Source: a virus
Strand: one strand, 5' to 3'
Length of the DNA: 64,000 bases
IMG/VR virus record: IMGVR_UViG_3300028840_003851
This document shows positions 61,672-64,000 of this stretch, piece after piece. The stretch's first letter is position 1. Every line of letters starts with the position of its first letter. The position numbers and the translations under genes were made by a program. The notes under the pieces were generated by a model. The model was not told the origin of the DNA and made no database searches. It was given only the letters and a program-made list of their open reading frames with translations.

Positions 61672-62279
61672 ATCTGCCCCACTCCGTCCTCATCCAGCTC
61701 AGAGGACACCTCTCCAGGGTCTGCCCGCACCTTTGGGGTGACGTTTCTAGGGAGGCCCCACTCCGTCTTGTCAGGGAATCGAATAGGTACTAGCTTCCTC
61801 CTGGCCTGAGGTGGGGCGTCTCCCCAGCTTACCGTCCCAACAGAGGACTCTGAAGCTGCTGTCTCGGCGAGCGACTTGGCTACCTGAATGGCCTCCTCCA
61901 GCTCTGCAGGAGGAAGAGGCTCTGTAACCTCTAGAGCCGTTAGAACATCCTTCATGGCCTGGGATAGTATTCTGTCTGGCAGCTTAGACCAGTAGATGGC
62001 GGATGAGGGGGAAGGGGGAGGCGTCTCATCCACCACAGGCTCATCCTGTACAGGCATAGGAGGAGCTGGTGGGTCCTCAACCATGTCCTCCTGAGCACTG
62101 CGATAAACGTTTGGGGTGCCCCGGTCTCCGCCACTCATCTTCTGAAGATGGTCGTAAACGGCGTAGTCAACCACAGCGCTGAACTGAGTGCCATCCGGCA
62201 GTACTATCAGGACGCTGCAGTATCTCTCCCCAGTGTCTAGGTCAATACCGTGTGTCAGCCCTGCAAGCTTAACGTCCAT
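61668..62279 (-). CDS. Hypothetical protein with a Pro-rich linker
   Basis: Start moved to ATG 62279, near the upstream stop. Confidence 0.6.
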   Translation of the reverse strand: MDVKLAGLTHGIDLDTGERYCSVLIVLPDGTQFSAVVDYAVYDHLQKMSGGDRGTPNVYRSAQEDMVEDPPAPPMPVQDEPVVDETPPPSPSSAIYWSKLPDRILSQAMKDVLTALEVTEPLPPAELEEAIQVAKSLAETAASESSVGTVSWGDAPPQARRKLVPIRFPDKTEWGLPRNVTPKVRADPGEVSSELDEDGVGQM

Positions 62280-62601
62280 GAGGCACCGGTGGTACGTAGG
62301 TTGGAGGTACAGGTGCTGGCGCTGCCCTGCTCTTGTCAGCTCTGGCATTACGCTCCGCCTTCATCTGCTGAGCCATCATGCTAGCGATTATCACAGAGTG
62401 CTTACCGACTCTGTGCTGAGACACAAGGATGGAGCAGTGACCCTGCTGCTCGCTAAGCTCGTCCCCACCATGTGATGCGGTAGTGTACGCCATACAGTCG
62501 GCCCCACACACACGGTCCGGACTTCTGAAGCAGATTAGACCAGGAGCAGCGTCATCTAGCTCGTCTGGCATGTGGATGAATTGCTCGTCAGTTTGTCCCA
62601 C
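62269..62601 (-). CDS. Cys-containing hypothetical protein
   Basis: CF...CGADCMAY...C pattern. Confidence 0.65.
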   Translation of the reverse strand: MGQTDEQFIHMPDELDDAAPGLICFRSPDRVCGADCMAYTTASHGGDELSEQQGHCSILVSQHRVGKHSVIIASMMAQQMKAERNARADKSRAAPAPVPPTYVPPVPHGR

Positions 62602-62992
62602 TTACCCTCTCCTTCTCTCTTCTCTGTCGCTCACGGATTGTAGCCTCTAGTACAGCTACCGCAGCGGCAGCGAAGTATCTTCCTAGGGACTCCTTGTTGA
62701 GGCTCTCCTGCGTGATGAATCCCCAACGCATGAGGAACTCGGAGTACGGCTTTGCGAAGCTCTTTGTGAAGATAGCTCTAAGGTCATTCGAGAGCCTGCT
62801 AGCGATGTTCTCCTTAGAGCCCTCCATGTGGACTATAGGTGCCACAAGCATCTCAGTCTGCTTACCGCACCACCCACAAGCGTTACACGATGCCGTTGTG
62901 TTGTAGCTCTCTGGGTACTCTAATGCGGCGCTTCCGCACTCTGGGCAAAGATAGACAACGTCTAGCTTGTCCCCTCCTATTACATCAGCCAT
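62588..62992 (-). CDS. Zn-ribbon hypothetical protein
   Basis: CPECG and CNACGW motifs; start at ATG 62992. Confidence 0.7.
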   Translation of the reverse strand: MADVIGGDKLDVVYLCPECGSAALEYPESYNTTASCNACGWCGKQTEMLVAPIVHMEGSKENIASRLSNDLRAIFTKSFAKPYSEFLMRWGFITQESLNKESLGRYFAAAAVAVLEATIRERQRREKERVSGTN

Positions 62993-63422
62993 TGAACGAC
63001 CTCTCATCTCCCAGCTTCTTGTAAAGCTTGTCGGCTCTCTGCTTCATCTCAGGAGTTACGCTAGACATCTTCCTCTTGAGCTTACTCCTTATCTTTGGCT
63101 CTGGAACTGCTGTAACTCCAATCGGTCCTCTACTAGCCTCCTTCTGGAGAAGGTCTATAAACTTCTTTCGGTCTTGGCTCTTCGCAGACTCGAGGTATGG
63201 GAACGCAATCTTCATGTATTCCTCGAACGCTTCGACACCCTTCTCATTGTCTATCGTTATCTGCGCAAGCGCCCTAAACCTTGCATGCTCTATGCTCTCT
63301 TGCTTCATGAGCAGCAGGATTAGTGCGGACTCCTGGAGGGACCCTCTGGGTGGTGGCGCTTGCAGGGTCTGGAGCATTAGGTTTGCTCTAGCCCAGCCCT
63401 CAGGAGTCCTCAGCCATTTCCC
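62985..63422 (-). CDS. Tail assembly chaperone, -1 frame extension (lambda T-like part)
   Basis: Frame is open from the slippery site (GKWLRTPEGWARANLMLQ...) to 62985. Confidence 0.7.
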   Translation of the reverse strand, partial: GKWLRTPEGWARANLMLQTLQAPPPRGSLQESALILLLMKQESIEHARFRALAQITIDNEKGVEAFEEYMKIAFPYLESAKSQDRKKFIDLLQKEASRGPIGVTAVPEPKIRSKLKRKMSSVTPEMKQRADKLYKKLGDERSFNG

Positions 63423-64000
63423 ACTATCTCCGCCACAAACAGCTTCCTAACCCTGCACTCAAACCAGAAGTGGTTAGCTCCAAGGCTCGCAAGCATGTGT
63501 GTAGGTAGCTTCTGAACTCTCTTGAACTTCTTCCAGAACAGCTCATCAGAGAAAGACCCGTTTGGCCCTATGTGCTCACCAAGCGGCTTGCCGTTGATAC
63601 GCGCTATGCCGATTGTGACGCTCATGATGGAGTACTTATCTAGAAGGTAACGGTCGCTCACCGTTACAGACTCAGACTCCTCCATGATGAGGCGCTTAAG
63701 CGCTAGGTCCTCCTCACCCGTCATAGACTGGTAGGTGACCTCGAACCCGCTAACAATCGGGACCTTCTGCTCTATCCTGTTGTGCAGAATTAGGTCCTCT
63801 ACATTGAGCGGCTTTAGCCTCTTCTCTATCGCCTCCTTCTGCTTGTCGTTGTTCAGGATGTCCTTCATCATCAGCTGACGGAGCTTGTCGAAATCAAGCT
63901 CGTCAACGTTAAGCTCGGATGCCTCCTTGCTAGTGGTCTTGAAGGACGTGTCCCCCGGAAGGTTTCCTATCCTGGCCGATGCGGCAGCTGGGCCGTCCGC
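63410..64000 (-). CDS. Tail assembly chaperone (lambda G-like), 5' end beyond the window
   Basis: Frame is open back to 64000; ends ...EIVGNG* on G-GGA-AAT; FEVTYQSMTGEED...SVTIGIARING resembles myophage chaperones. Confidence 0.7.
   Translation of the reverse strand, partial: ADGPAAASARIGNLPGDTSFKTTSKEASELNVDELDFDKLRQLMMKDILNNDKQKEAIEKRLKPLNVEDLILHNRIEQKVPIVSGFEVTYQSMTGEEDLALKRLIMEESESVTVSDRYLLDKYSIMSVTIGIARINGKPLGEHIGPNGSFSDELFWKKFKRVQKLPTHMLASLGANHFWFECRVRKLFVAEIVGNG
63416..63422 (-). other. Programmed -1 ribosomal frameshift slippery heptamer GGGAAAT
   Basis: X-XXY-YYZ in the correct register (GTG GGA AAT GGC TGA), two codons before the stop; the -1 frame is open for about 145 codons. 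Confidence 0.75.

Noticed and set aside
59060-62280. Further GACGTTAA matches at about 59065 (+) and 62269-62277 (-)
   Set aside because: They lie inside coding sequence and lack the CGTC/GACG stem and AGCTG loop, so they are chance matches.
1-64000. Stop-codon reassignment (TAG or TGA recoding)
   Set aside because: All large genes are intact in code 11. Many end in TAG or TGA directly coupled to the next start, and no suppressor tRNA is present.

Overview
This 64-kb window looks like part of a large contractile-tailed (myovirus-like) dsDNA phage genome in the standard genetic code. The host cannot be determined from the sequence. Most genes lie on the minus strand and form a dispersed virion module: a tail-assembly chaperone pair with a -1 slippery site (GGGAAAT, 63416-63422), tape measure protein, hub-like protein, baseplate J-like and gp25-like wedge proteins, several fibre/tailspike proteins, and a peptidoglycan-binding endolysin. 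Accessory genes include a SNF2 helicase-pyrophosphatase fusion, a sigma70-family factor, RNase HII, GroES, a DUF932-like protein, a Tad2/DUF2829-like anti-defence protein, a ribbon-helix-helix protein and many small Cys/Zn-ribbon proteins. The most unusual content is non-coding. (i) A ~490-nt intergenic island (9066-9554) is almost entirely folded and contains a closed 285-nt multi-helix RNA with a tRNA-type T-arm and a loop-loop pseudoknot; I could not match it to tmRNA, RNase P, SRP or an intron. (ii) A hairpin module showing covariation is repeated after several plus-strand accessory genes (9811, 11197, 11623, partial at 32036). (iii) A minus-strand tRNA array (13124-13718) has an atypical fold in every member, including an 8/4 tRNA-Tyr, and encloses a 199-nt structured spacer. 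Several Gly/Ala-rich proteins, the helicase fusion and the sigma factor share a short E-L-x-K-x-A-type motif that may mark internal head (ejected) proteins. All folds and family calls were made by eye, without computation or database searches.
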